A stretch of 16,036 nt of DNA from a virus, in the IMG/VR virus record IMGVR_UViG_3300012347_000037, positions 1 through 16,036 of that record; one strand, written 5' to 3'. Numbering within the stretch: position 1 is the first letter of the stretch; the number at the start of each line of letters is the position of its first letter. Shown in pieces: positions 1 through 6,706 of the stretch. The position numbers were made by a program, and so were the translations under genes. The notes beneath the pieces are model-generated. The model was not told the origin of the DNA. It saw only the letters and a list, made by a program, of their open reading frames with translations, and did not search any database.

Positions 1-55
1 CGCAAACTTCTTGAATGATTGCATCGCTATAGAGGGAGCCGACACCGAGAGCTGC
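1..55. repeat. Terminal direct repeat, copy 1. It duplicates 15982..16036 exactly and marks circular closure of a 15,981-bp genome.
   Basis: Base-by-base comparison: 'cgcaaacttcttgaatgattgcatcgctatagagggagccgacaccgagagctgc' occurs at 1-55 and again at 15982-16036. A minus-strand ORF is continuous and in frame across the join. Confidence 0.9.
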
Positions 56-85
56 CTTAAGCTCTGTGACTGTACATAGACTCAT
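1..85 (-). CDS. Head-tail adaptor-like protein, 5' part of a junction-spanning gene (start codon at 85..83)
   Basis: ATG at 85..83 is preceded by AAAGGA plus 6 nt. It translates MSLCTVTELKAALGVGSLYSDAIIQEVC and runs off coordinate 1. After removing the duplicated 55 bp it continues in frame at 15981. Total length is 579 nt, 192 aa. Confidence 0.7.
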   Translation of the reverse strand, partial: MSLCTVTELKAALGVGSLYSDAIIQEVC

Positions 86-107
86 TCTCTATCCTTTCAT
101 AAGAGCT

Positions 108-132
108 GGGAGCGAGAAGGGCACTCGCCCCC
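108..132 (-). terminator. Stem-loop just downstream of the capsid gene, possibly a partial terminator or RNA-stabilising hairpin
   Basis: The minus-strand RNA reads GGGGGCGAG-UGCCCUU-CUCGCUCCC, a 9-bp stem with one G.U pair. That pair is an A.C mismatch on the plus strand, so the structure is better in the transcribed sense. The site lies 22 nt after the capsid stop. There is no clear U-tract. Confidence 0.35.
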
Positions 133-153
133 AGCCGTTCTAATGGTTCGCTA

Positions 154-1698
154 TTAAGCGAGGTTGAAGCGACGAACGCCAGCGCCACCCTTAAGAACAC
201 CGATTGCGAGGTATCCGTAAAGAGCGATTTCAAGCTCACCAGATGTGAGTACATTGAGACGGAGCTGTGTAGTTGGTGACTCCCAGACATAGACAGACTC
301 AGGAGCTACGAGGAATGCAGACTCATCTACAATTCCTGATACTGCGATGTTGTGGTCGACGATGAGGTCTGTACCGAGTACGTTACCCATTGCTGACTGT
401 GCAACTACTGCACCTGCAGCGTTGTACTGTGCGCCCTGCGCTGAGTAGAGTGGGCGACCTGTTGTATCTGCGTAGCCTGTGATAGCTGCCCATTGGTCAG
501 TCGAAGCGACGAGCTTGTTAGCGCGGTCTCCGCCTGTGTTCTTGTAAGCTGCTGCAGCTTCTACAGAGATGTATGACTGAAGACCTGCCGCTGTTGCTGC
601 TACACCTGTAGCTGCTGTACCAGAAGCTGTGAACGCTGCGATAAGAGCTGCGTCTGTTGACTTCTCGTAAGCCTTGCGGAGTTCTGTCATGAGGAGATCC
701 ATGAACGCTGGTGATGAGCGGTCAATGAGTTCCCATGAGATACGGTTGATTCCAGCAAACTTATTTACTGTGACTGTATCGTATGTAGATGTCATGCCTG
801 TCTCAGATGGTGCTGCACCCTCGTCTGTGTCTGCAACTGTTGGAGCAGTACCGAGCTTAGGAATTGTGAAAGACATTCCTGAATCTGGGAGAGCGTTACG
901 AGTTACTGCCTCGAACGCTGGGCGTCCTGTGAAAGTAGTTGTAACGAACTGGTTAAGGTGCTGAGGTAGTGTAAGACCTGTGTTAGTTGATGTTGAGTCA
1001 TCCGCTGCACGAACTGTGCGACGTGCCTCGTCATCGCCCATAGCTGCCTTGATAGATGCCTCAAGGTACTGAGCAGATGAGATTGGAGCTGTGCGCTCTT
1101 TGACGTAGTGTGATGCCGCAACTGTTGGGCGAGCCGCTTCGACTGCTGCTGCTTCAACTGCTGGAGCTTCTACCGGTGTAGTGGTTTCTTCCACGACTGG
1201 CTCGCTTTCTGGTTGGGTTGGTTCTGCAGGGATAACTTCCTCTGCAGCAATCTCTAGTACCTGTGCAGACTTGAACGCCGGCTCTGTTACGAGAGAAACT
1301 TCTTTTAACTTAGCCGCTGTTACTACGGTGTGACCGTCACGGCTTGGCTTTGATGCGATGATCTCCGCACCAACTGAGAGACCGCTAACGAGTCCCTCCT
1401 GCGCCTGAATGAGTGCATCGTTACCGCCTGTGGAGCGGGACAACTTAAAGGTTGCATAGATGCCGTCCTGTCGAACCTCTGCCGCTGTCATGCGACCGAC
1501 TGGCTTCTTCATGTCATGCTGGGAGAGGAGTTTAATCTTAGAGATGTCAGTAACGTCGATTGAACCCGCCTCGAAGACAACGCCACCGAGGTTGGTGTTA
1601 CCGATTTCGCCTGTACCCATAGGGACAATCTTGCCTGAGATTTCGCGGCGCTCTTCGCTACATTCTAGAGATGCGGCTTCGATGTATAGGGTTTCCAT
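154..1698 (-). CDS. Fused prohead (HK97-type) protease and major capsid protein
   Basis: 514 aa. The N-terminal ~150 aa carry prohead-protease-like blocks (KLLSQHDMKKPVGR, GLSVGAEI, LKEVSLVTEPAF). An acidic Pro/Glu/Ala linker follows (PAEPTQPESEPVVEETTTPVEAPAVEAAAVEAA). The C-terminal ~300 aa are HK97-fold capsid-like (FAGINRISWELIDRSSPAF...). The ATG overlaps the portal stop (TAATG). Confidence 0.88.
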   Translation of the reverse strand: METLYIEAASLECSEERREISGKIVPMGTGEIGNTNLGGVVFEAGSIDVTDISKIKLLSQHDMKKPVGRMTAAEVRQDGIYATFKLSRSTGGNDALIQAQEGLVSGLSVGAEIIASKPSRDGHTVVTAAKLKEVSLVTEPAFKSAQVLEIAAEEVIPAEPTQPESEPVVEETTTPVEAPAVEAAAVEAARPTVAASHYVKERTAPISSAQYLEASIKAAMGDDEARRTVRAADDSTSTNTGLTLPQHLNQFVTTTFTGRPAFEAVTRNALPDSGMSFTIPKLGTAPTVADTDEGAAPSETGMTSTYDTVTVNKFAGINRISWELIDRSSPAFMDLLMTELRKAYEKSTDAALIAAFTASGTAATGVAATAAGLQSYISVEAAAAYKNTGGDRANKLVASTDQWAAITGYADTTGRPLYSAQGAQYNAAGAVVAQSAMGNVLGTDLIVDHNIAVSGIVDESAFLVAPESVYVWESPTTQLRLNVLTSGELEIALYGYLAIGVLKGGAGVRRFNLA

Positions 1699-2798
1699 TA
1701 GCTCATTCCTTCGCTTCCATTAGGTGTAAGGTCTGTCATTTCCATAGCCTGTTCAACTGAGATAAGTTGAAGAGATAACATCTTCTCAATTACCTGTAGC
1801 TCTACTAGAGGATCGTTCTTGAGGAAAGTATCAAAGACTGCAAAGCGAACCTCATGTCCAGCGGTAGAGATGTCATCCATAGATAGACGGCTCTGAATCG
1901 CTTGGATGTAAGGCTCGATAGAGAGCGCGTAGAATTGCTTACGCTCATCTTGTACGTTTGCATAAGTCATCGTAGTATTCTGGTCAGCGCTTAGGTAATA
2001 CGCTGGGACGTTGCACACGCGGGCAATCTGTGTAGATAGATTCTGTACTGCCTCGTTATACATCATGTCTTTAGGAGAGAACGAGACAGGGTTATAATCG
2101 AGAGTGCTAGTTAAGTAAGCTGTAGAGTTGTTCTGGCGGGCGCGCTTCCATGCTGCGATAAGTCCCTGCACCTCGGATGCTGGAAGGTCTGCGCCGGAGT
2201 TCTTTAGGAATCCTGCGGGCTGTGGGTTCGCAGAGTTGACTGCAGCTGCACGATCTACGTCGATAGCCGCCTGAATAGTGCGACCGCCACGGTCTAATAC
2301 GCCCTCATCGAAACCTTGAATAGTTACGATATCGTTCATGTCAATAGGTGAAGCGTCGATGTAATACTGAGTTACATGGATGCCGTAGAGGTCTGTAGTA
2401 AAGGTAATGCGAGTGTTAGCAATCCACTCAAACGCGCTAGGACGTCCATCTTCTGCATAGCGCTCTGTCACTAGGAGATATGAAACGCCGTACATCATGA
2501 GCGAATCTACGATCCAAGTAATAGTAACGAAAGAAGGCTGAGACTTAGAGAGTTGGTTAATCCAACGAGGCGAGGCGATAACTTCGCCGGTGCGCTTGTT
2601 GTAATACTCTAAAGGGATAGAGGCTACAGTTCCGCAAATAAGATTGCGAGCGCGAGCTACGCTAGGTACTGTCATCGCATCATGGCGAGAAACTCGTGGA
2701 ATGATTGCGTTATAAAGAGAGGGTAAATTCTCGCCCATAACTTGTGGCGCGTACTGCGCTTCGAGGACAGTCGGCTTGTTGCGCGAGAAGATACCCAT
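1698..2798 (-). CDS. Portal protein (HK97-family-like)
   Basis: 366-aa ORF placed between the large terminase and the protease/capsid gene. Size and sequence character fit small HK97-type portals. Confidence 0.8.
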   Translation of the reverse strand: MGIFSRNKPTVLEAQYAPQVMGENLPSLYNAIIPRVSRHDAMTVPSVARARNLICGTVASIPLEYYNKRTGEVIASPRWINQLSKSQPSFVTITWIVDSLMMYGVSYLLVTERYAEDGRPSAFEWIANTRITFTTDLYGIHVTQYYIDASPIDMNDIVTIQGFDEGVLDRGGRTIQAAIDVDRAAAVNSANPQPAGFLKNSGADLPASEVQGLIAAWKRARQNNSTAYLTSTLDYNPVSFSPKDMMYNEAVQNLSTQIARVCNVPAYYLSADQNTTMTYANVQDERKQFYALSIEPYIQAIQSRLSMDDISTAGHEVRFAVFDTFLKNDPLVELQVIEKMLSLQLISVEQAMEMTDLTPNGSEGMS

Positions 2799-2814
2799 AG
2801 ATGCTAATTATACA

Positions 2815-4236
2815 CTACTCCGAGTAAATCATAGCAGATTGCTGAGGCTTGGAGAGTGTCGAGACAACCATCGCTGTGGCAATAGCGCCAGAGATATCGC
2901 CCGCACTCTTTCGCTTAATGATTCTCCAAGCGGAGTCGTTAGTCTTAGCCGCGCAGTTATTCATCTGTTGAATCCATCCCTCTTGCCCTGAGTGAACCAT
3001 TCTCTTATTGTCGAGGGCATCCTTTAGATCCGTACAGGCTTGATAGAACTGCGCTCCAGAGATGTCGGTGCATACCTGCCCCGCATTGCTGAGACGGTCG
3101 GCGATTGACTGAGTGGCGTAGCGGTCGAAGCCGATAGAACGAGGGCGGTACTGGTCTGCCCAGCCCTTAATATCTGCAGCTATCTTTAACTCGTCTACCG
3201 AGACTTGGCTCTCCCATGTTTGAGCAAGACCAATTCCAACTCGACCATCTGGGAGAATCTGCCCAATAACCAGAGACGCATTGCGACGAGATGGACTGAC
3301 ATCGAAGGCGAATACCGTATAAGCGCCGATTGCCATTTCCAGAGAAGAGTCAGAACACTCTTCGAGACTGCCATGAGTCCACGGAGAAGATAGAGAGTCA
3401 ATCCATTGACATAGGAGTTCCGTGCGGGTGTTCTCAATAGGGCTAGTTGCAACAGCTTCTTCAAGGGCTTCCTCCGTGATCGTATAGCCGAGGGCTGGGT
3501 TAGCTTGCGCCCATCCTGACCGGTCGGTTACTTTGCAATATTGTGGTGCGCTGTACTCGTAGAACCCGAAGGACTTAGGAGGGTTCTCTAGCGCTCGCTC
3601 TCGCATGCCATTAAGGACAAGAGAGAACGCATCTCCTGCGTTAGAAGTGAGTAGTGTCTGAGAGTTCGGTCTAGCTCTAGTCGTAGGGATTGCAGCTCGG
3701 TATCCCTCTTCGTTGACTTCTCGAAGTTCGTCGATGTAGAGGAAGTCTGCAGTACGTCCACGAGATCCATCTCTAGTTGCTGCAACGACATCAAGTCTTG
3801 TCCCATCAAGCATCTCAATGCTCTCAGTTCCGTTCGCGTGTCGTATCTGTTTAACGAAGCCCTTGAGGTGGTCATTACTCTCCAGTACTGAGGCTACTTG
3901 GCGAAAGGTGTCTAACGCCATGGATCTATTAGATGACATTATGAGGATGTTCTTACTGTCCCACTTTAGCAGGTGAGCGAGTATGAGCATACGGGCGAGG
4001 TGTGTCTTACCGTTCTGGCGGGCAATAAGGAGGAGGTTGGTCTTCCTTACCCAGTCACCCTTGGCATCTACCGTGAGCATATCCTTTAGGACGTGTTCCT
4101 GCCATGGGAGTAGAGGCATCTGGATAATCTCACAGAGTTGTTTCACATCTTCGAGCTTGTTCTTACCCTTGAGAGGTATCGAAGAGAGTCTAGGCTTGGT
4201 GACCCCCAAGCGCTTAGTTTTACGCGGTGCAGCCAT
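2815..4236 (-). CDS. Terminase large subunit
   Basis: Walker A-like 'ARQNGKTH', Walker B/catalytic 'ADFLYIDELREV', and a C-terminal nuclease-like half. I prefer the ATG at 4236 (MAAPRKTKRLG...), 4 nt after the HNH stop. The ORF-track start at 4323 is a TTG lying 83 nt inside the HNH gene. Confidence 0.88.
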   Translation of the reverse strand: MAAPRKTKRLGVTKPRLSSIPLKGKNKLEDVKQLCEIIQMPLLPWQEHVLKDMLTVDAKGDWVRKTNLLLIARQNGKTHLARMLILAHLLKWDSKNILIMSSNRSMALDTFRQVASVLESNDHLKGFVKQIRHANGTESIEMLDGTRLDVVAATRDGSRGRTADFLYIDELREVNEEGYRAAIPTTRARPNSQTLLTSNAGDAFSLVLNGMRERALENPPKSFGFYEYSAPQYCKVTDRSGWAQANPALGYTITEEALEEAVATSPIENTRTELLCQWIDSLSSPWTHGSLEECSDSSLEMAIGAYTVFAFDVSPSRRNASLVIGQILPDGRVGIGLAQTWESQVSVDELKIAADIKGWADQYRPRSIGFDRYATQSIADRLSNAGQVCTDISGAQFYQACTDLKDALDNKRMVHSGQEGWIQQMNNCAAKTNDSAWRIIKRKSAGDISGAIATAMVVSTLSKPQQSAMIYSE

Positions 4237-4240
4237 GGGT

Positions 4241-4594
4241 CTATCCGGTGACTGGTCGGGCTGTAAAGGGACTGTTCTGGGGTATCTCCGACCGTGTCGG
4301 GGAGGGAAAGGCAGAAAAATCAAGAGGGGTAGCCATCTGCTCTAAAAAAACACCCTGTGACTTCTTATTCTTCTTGCTATTGCATGGCTTACACGCACTT
4401 ACCATGTTGTTGATATCTATCGCTAACTCTGGTGCTTTGCTTACAGGTATCACATGATCTATGGTCATATCTTTACCCTCATAACCACAGTAGAAGCACA
4501 CCCAACCATCTATTGCTAGCTTCTTGAGTCTTATCTCCTTGTACTTACGGCTAAGGCGTGGGTCACCCTTCTTTGATGCCATGACTACTGCCAT
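4241..4594 (-). CDS. HNH endonuclease (packaging-associated type)
   Basis: Motifs CFYCG...TIDHVIPVS...NNMVSACKPCNSKK, giving an HNH core with two CxxC pairs. It lies immediately upstream of TerL, as in HK97-like cos phages. An alternative start at ATG 4582 has better SD spacing. The C-terminal ~35 aa are Pro/Ser-rich. Confidence 0.88.
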   Translation of the reverse strand: MAVVMASKKGDPRLSRKYKEIRLKKLAIDGWVCFYCGYEGKDMTIDHVIPVSKAPELAIDINNMVSACKPCNSKKNKKSQGVFLEQMATPLDFSAFPSPTRSEIPQNSPFTARPVTG

Positions 4595-5088
4595 CCTTTG
4601 GTGCGTAAGTGATTAAGAGCTGCACAATACATAGGCTCATCATACTCGGTAATACCATACCTATAGGCTACATACTGCCAGTACTTCCAGAACTGTAGCT
4701 CTACATGTGCATTACGCATAGAGGCTATCTTAAGCTGATACAGTCCATAGGCTTGCTTACTACCTCCTATGTTACCTATAGCCTTATCGTTCCATCTTGA
4801 TTCTCTATAGATGATCTCATTATGACACTTATATTCATTATCTGATAATTGCTTATTAGCTACATATTTAACTAAGTCTTTAGATGTACTGAATAGCATT
4901 CTTTGAGAAGCCTCAGTAGGTGTCCCACCTACAGACATAGCTGTGGCAATAACGATTGCGACCCCGCAAGCTAGCGCTTTAAGGCGCTTGCGGTGAGCCC
5001 CTGATGGGCTCTCGCTGGAGAGCTTTAGTGTACCAGTATGGTCAAGGACATTTGTAAAAGTGCTGGTCAGACGGCGTGGCGTTTTCAT
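4585..5088 (-). CDS. Signal-anchored lysozyme-like or lytic-transglycosylase-like protein
   Basis: 167 aa. It has a basic N-terminus followed by a hydrophobic span (LKALACGVAIVIATAMSVGG). The block 'CHNEIIYRESRWNDKAIGN...AYGLYQLK' resembles the (R)ES...N...G(L/Y)xQ(L/I) catalytic signature of SLT/Apf-type muramidases. A strong SD (AAGGAG, N5) precedes the ATG. Confidence 0.5.
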   Translation of the reverse strand: MKTPRRLTSTFTNVLDHTGTLKLSSESPSGAHRKRLKALACGVAIVIATAMSVGGTPTEASQRMLFSTSKDLVKYVANKQLSDNEYKCHNEIIYRESRWNDKAIGNIGGSKQAYGLYQLKIASMRNAHVELQFWKYWQYVAYRYGITEYDEPMYCAALNHLRTKGWQ

Positions 5089-5109
5089 GGAATCTCCTTA
5101 TTAACACCC

Positions 5110-5123
5110 TGTGGATAACTATC
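5110..5123 (-). promoter_or_regulatory. DnaA box 1: perfect TTATCCACA on the minus strand, inside a 14-bp repeat unit
   Basis: The plus strand reads TGTGGATAACTATC. Bases 5110-5118 are the reverse complement of TTATCCACA. The site is intergenic. Confidence 0.6.
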
Positions 5124-5130
5124 CATCAAA

Positions 5131-5144
5131 TGTGGATAACTATC
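5131..5144 (-). promoter_or_regulatory. DnaA box 2: perfect TTATCCACA on the minus strand, second exact copy of the 14-bp unit
   Basis: The identical 14-mer TGTGGATAACTATC lies 21 bp from copy 1, about two helical turns. Its last 5 bp overlap the stop codon of the FmdB-like gene. Confidence 0.6.
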
Positions 5145-5331
5145 TATTGTCGGTAGAGTAGAACCCTGTCCCCTTAAATACGGCTGCAGGTACAGAGCTA
5201 TAGACCTTGTGCATAGGCTCTCCGCAGAAGGGACAGTCCACATCATGAGGCTCATGGATGGCGAGCTTATGATCTAGTATCGCCGTGGACTCGCAGTCCT
5301 CATTACGGCATTGAAACTCATAGGTTGGCAT
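5140..5331 (-). CDS. FmdB-family (CxxC_CxxC_SSSS-type) zinc-ribbon protein
   Basis: 63 aa, MPTYEFQCRNEDCES...CPFCGEPMHKVYSS...FKGTGFYSTDNR. The opener, the two Cys pairs and the 'GxGFY.TD' tail are characteristic of this family. Confidence 0.8.
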   Translation of the reverse strand: MPTYEFQCRNEDCESTAILDHKLAIHEPHDVDCPFCGEPMHKVYSSVPAAVFKGTGFYSTDNR

Positions 5332-5755
5332 TATCGAGCTTCTCGCATATGTGACAAGGTGAACCCTCCATAATCGTATTACCGCAAGTGCAGTAGATAG
5401 GCTCTAAGTTTACCGTGTCTTTCTGGAAATCTGTGTAACCTGCCTTAATAAGTAATGAGACAAGGTCGCTGAACTTTAAGAAGCTTAGATACTCCGCCGC
5501 ATCCTCGCCCTGTCCATTCATACGGCACACAACCACATTAAGCTCGTGGTTCTTCTCTGTGCGCTTACGACCTTGCCTCATCCACTCCATGGGATTGAAG
5601 TCGCTTCTCGCTTTGACTTCTATATCTATCGGGATATTCACGATATCTTTCCCATTACCGCGCCCTACCGTAGCCCCAGACCAATAGCGGCTGAGATACT
5701 CGGCTACTACTCGTTCCGTCCTGAATCCACGGTGTTTGCGGTGTTGAGATGGCAT
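5318..5755 (-). CDS. PD-(D/E)xK nuclease, Holliday-junction-resolvase-like, with a C-terminal zinc ribbon
   Basis: 145 aa. 'GFRTERVVAEYL...GKDIVNIPIDIEVKAR' fits an E...D...E-x-K archaeal-Hjc-like or phage resolvase pattern. The C-terminus carries CTC-x9-CHIC. Confidence 0.5.
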   Translation of the reverse strand: MPSQHRKHRGFRTERVVAEYLSRYWSGATVGRGNGKDIVNIPIDIEVKARSDFNPMEWMRQGRKRTEKNHELNVVVCRMNGQGEDAAEYLSFLKFSDLVSLLIKAGYTDFQKDTVNLEPIYCTCGNTIMEGSPCHICEKLDNANL

Positions 5756-5763
5756 AGTCTGAT

Positions 5764-6018
5764 CTACGCCTTCCCAGTACTAGTTATAGCATGACACTTA
5801 GGACATGACCAGCTAAAGCCATGTTTATAAGTGCCGCCAGTAATCATAATCTGTTCCATCGGGAATGGCTCGTTGCATAGGTGGCAGACGGTAGTAATCT
5901 CTGGATGTACCGCAGGGACTAGAGTGCCGTCCTTAGCATCTTGGAGAATCTCAAGCTCCTCATCGCTGGGAAACTTCTCCCATTCGCCATCTTGATTCTT
6001 GAACTCTATGTGTCCCAT
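5764..6018 (-). CDS. Small zinc-ribbon protein of unknown function
   Basis: The ORF-track ORF is 5764..6072. I prefer the ATG at 6018 (MGHIEFKNQDGEWEKF...), 4 nt after the upstream stop, giving 84 aa. It contains CHLC-x23-CPKC. No function is recognisable. Confidence 0.55.
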   Translation of the reverse strand: MGHIEFKNQDGEWEKFPSDEELEILQDAKDGTLVPAVHPEITTVCHLCNEPFPMEQIMITGGTYKHGFSWSCPKCHAITSTGKA

Positions 6019-6022
6019 GTCA

Positions 6023-6706
6023 TTACCACTTATTCTCTTGTCGACCCCATGAGCCGTTTGGTTTGATTTCATACCAGATTACATCCTTACAGGCGAAGCA
6101 AGAGAAGTTACCCCATGGCTTCTTAGTCTTAGCAGATACTCCGGTCTTCCATGTCATGTCCTTACGGTCATGGCACTTAGAGCACTTAGGGATATCCCGC
6201 TCTGTCTGCCCTCCGATAATGTCCTTAACGATTGAGACTGCCTCGTCTACTGTAGCCGGTGGCTTTGTAGCTGTGAGAGTCCATGGATCTGCCTCGTTAA
6301 CTACTGGCACATAAGTTGAGCCGGTCTGACTCATCTTTGCCTTAGCCTCTTCGATAGCGTTCTGAGCTGCAGACTTAGCGGCTACCTTGCTCATCTCTTC
6401 TCGCGTAGGGCGTTTCCCTTTCGTAGCATAGCCAGCGTTAGCCAGCGCTCTACCAATACTAGACGTCTCGCAATTCTCCAGAGCGGACGTAGCATTAACG
6501 CCTCGCCCTTGGACAGTCTCCTCTGCAAGCCCAGTTGCCCAAGGTGCAGAATCATCACTCTTGCGATATACAGAACTTCCAACGATAAATCGAGAAGGCG
6601 ATGCCTCCAGTAGTTTCGTCTCAATACGCCCATCTGGGTTATCCTTCCAGAACTTAGTTAGTCGCTCTTCAACTGTCTCGTAATCATCTAGGTTAAAGTG
6701 CGCCAC
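6023..6706 (-). CDS. Putative Rad52/Sak-like single-strand annealing protein with a C-terminal zinc ribbon
   Basis: 227 aa, GTG start with AAGGAG-N9. 'TVEERLTKFW..NPDGRI' and 'SALENCETSSIGRALANAGY' resemble the Rad52/Sak blocks (..RL..FG..GW.. and ..A.KEAETDA.KRAL..FG). The C-terminus carries CSKC-x24-CFAC. The functional call is tentative. Confidence 0.45.
   Translation of the reverse strand: MAHFNLDDYETVEERLTKFWKDNPDGRIETKLLEASPSRFIVGSSVYRKSDDSAPWATGLAEETVQGRGVNATSALENCETSSIGRALANAGYATKGKRPTREEMSKVAAKSAAQNAIEEAKAKMSQTGSTYVPVVNEADPWTLTATKPPATVDEAVSIVKDIIGGQTERDIPKCSKCHDRKDMTWKTGVSAKTKKPWGNFSCFACKDVIWYEIKPNGSWGRQENKW

Noticed and set aside
1-55. The 55-bp terminal repeat as a biological direct terminal repeat (DTR) of the virion genome
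   Set aside because: 55 bp is a typical assembler k-mer length and is much shorter than known phage DTRs. It also lies inside a gene that reads in frame across the join. The HNH plus TerL pairing points to cos-type ends elsewhere. Sequence alone cannot fully exclude a DTR.
57-290. 77-aa minus-strand ORF overlapping the 3' end of the capsid gene
   Set aside because: It is an alternative frame of the well-supported capsid ORF, has no SD, and runs through the terminator-like hairpin and the adaptor start.
674-1723. ORFs inside or antisense to the protease-capsid gene: 674..964 +, 903..1157 - and 1460..1723 +
   Set aside because: They are shadow ORFs within a strongly supported 514-aa gene, with low-complexity or odd composition and no translation signals.
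4237-4323. Extended TerL N-terminus starting at 4323 (MIFLPFPPRHGRRYPR...)
   Set aside because: That start is a TTG lying 83 nt inside the HNH ORF, and the extra residues are Pro/Arg low complexity. The ATG at 4236, just after the HNH stop, is more parsimonious.
4344-4350. Run of seven T (minus strand) inside the HNH gene as a recoding site that would truncate the protein before its Pro-rich tail
   Set aside because: A -1 slip would hit a TAG immediately, which is suggestive. However, a homopolymer alone is weak evidence and no stimulatory structure was seen. It is noted only as context for the HNH/cos finding.
2776-4457. ORFs overlapping or antisense to the portal 5' end, TerL and HNH: 2776..2991 +, 3195..3464 -, 3205..3393 +, 3588..3875 -, 3983..4345 + and 4227..4457 +
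   Set aside because: All lie within, or antisense to, recognisable portal, terminase and HNH coding sequence. No other plus-strand gene exists in the genome.
5089-5139. Sigma-70-type promoter (TTGATG-N18-GTTAAT) overlapping the DnaA boxes
   Set aside because: The putative -10 sits only about 11 nt from the start codon, so a transcript would start within or after the SD. The match is also weak (4/6 for each hexamer).
5546-6633. ORFs in the early region: 5546..5794 +, 6063..6314 + and 6391..6633 -
   Set aside because: They are antisense or alternative-frame shadows of the resolvase-like, zinc-ribbon and Rad52-like genes.
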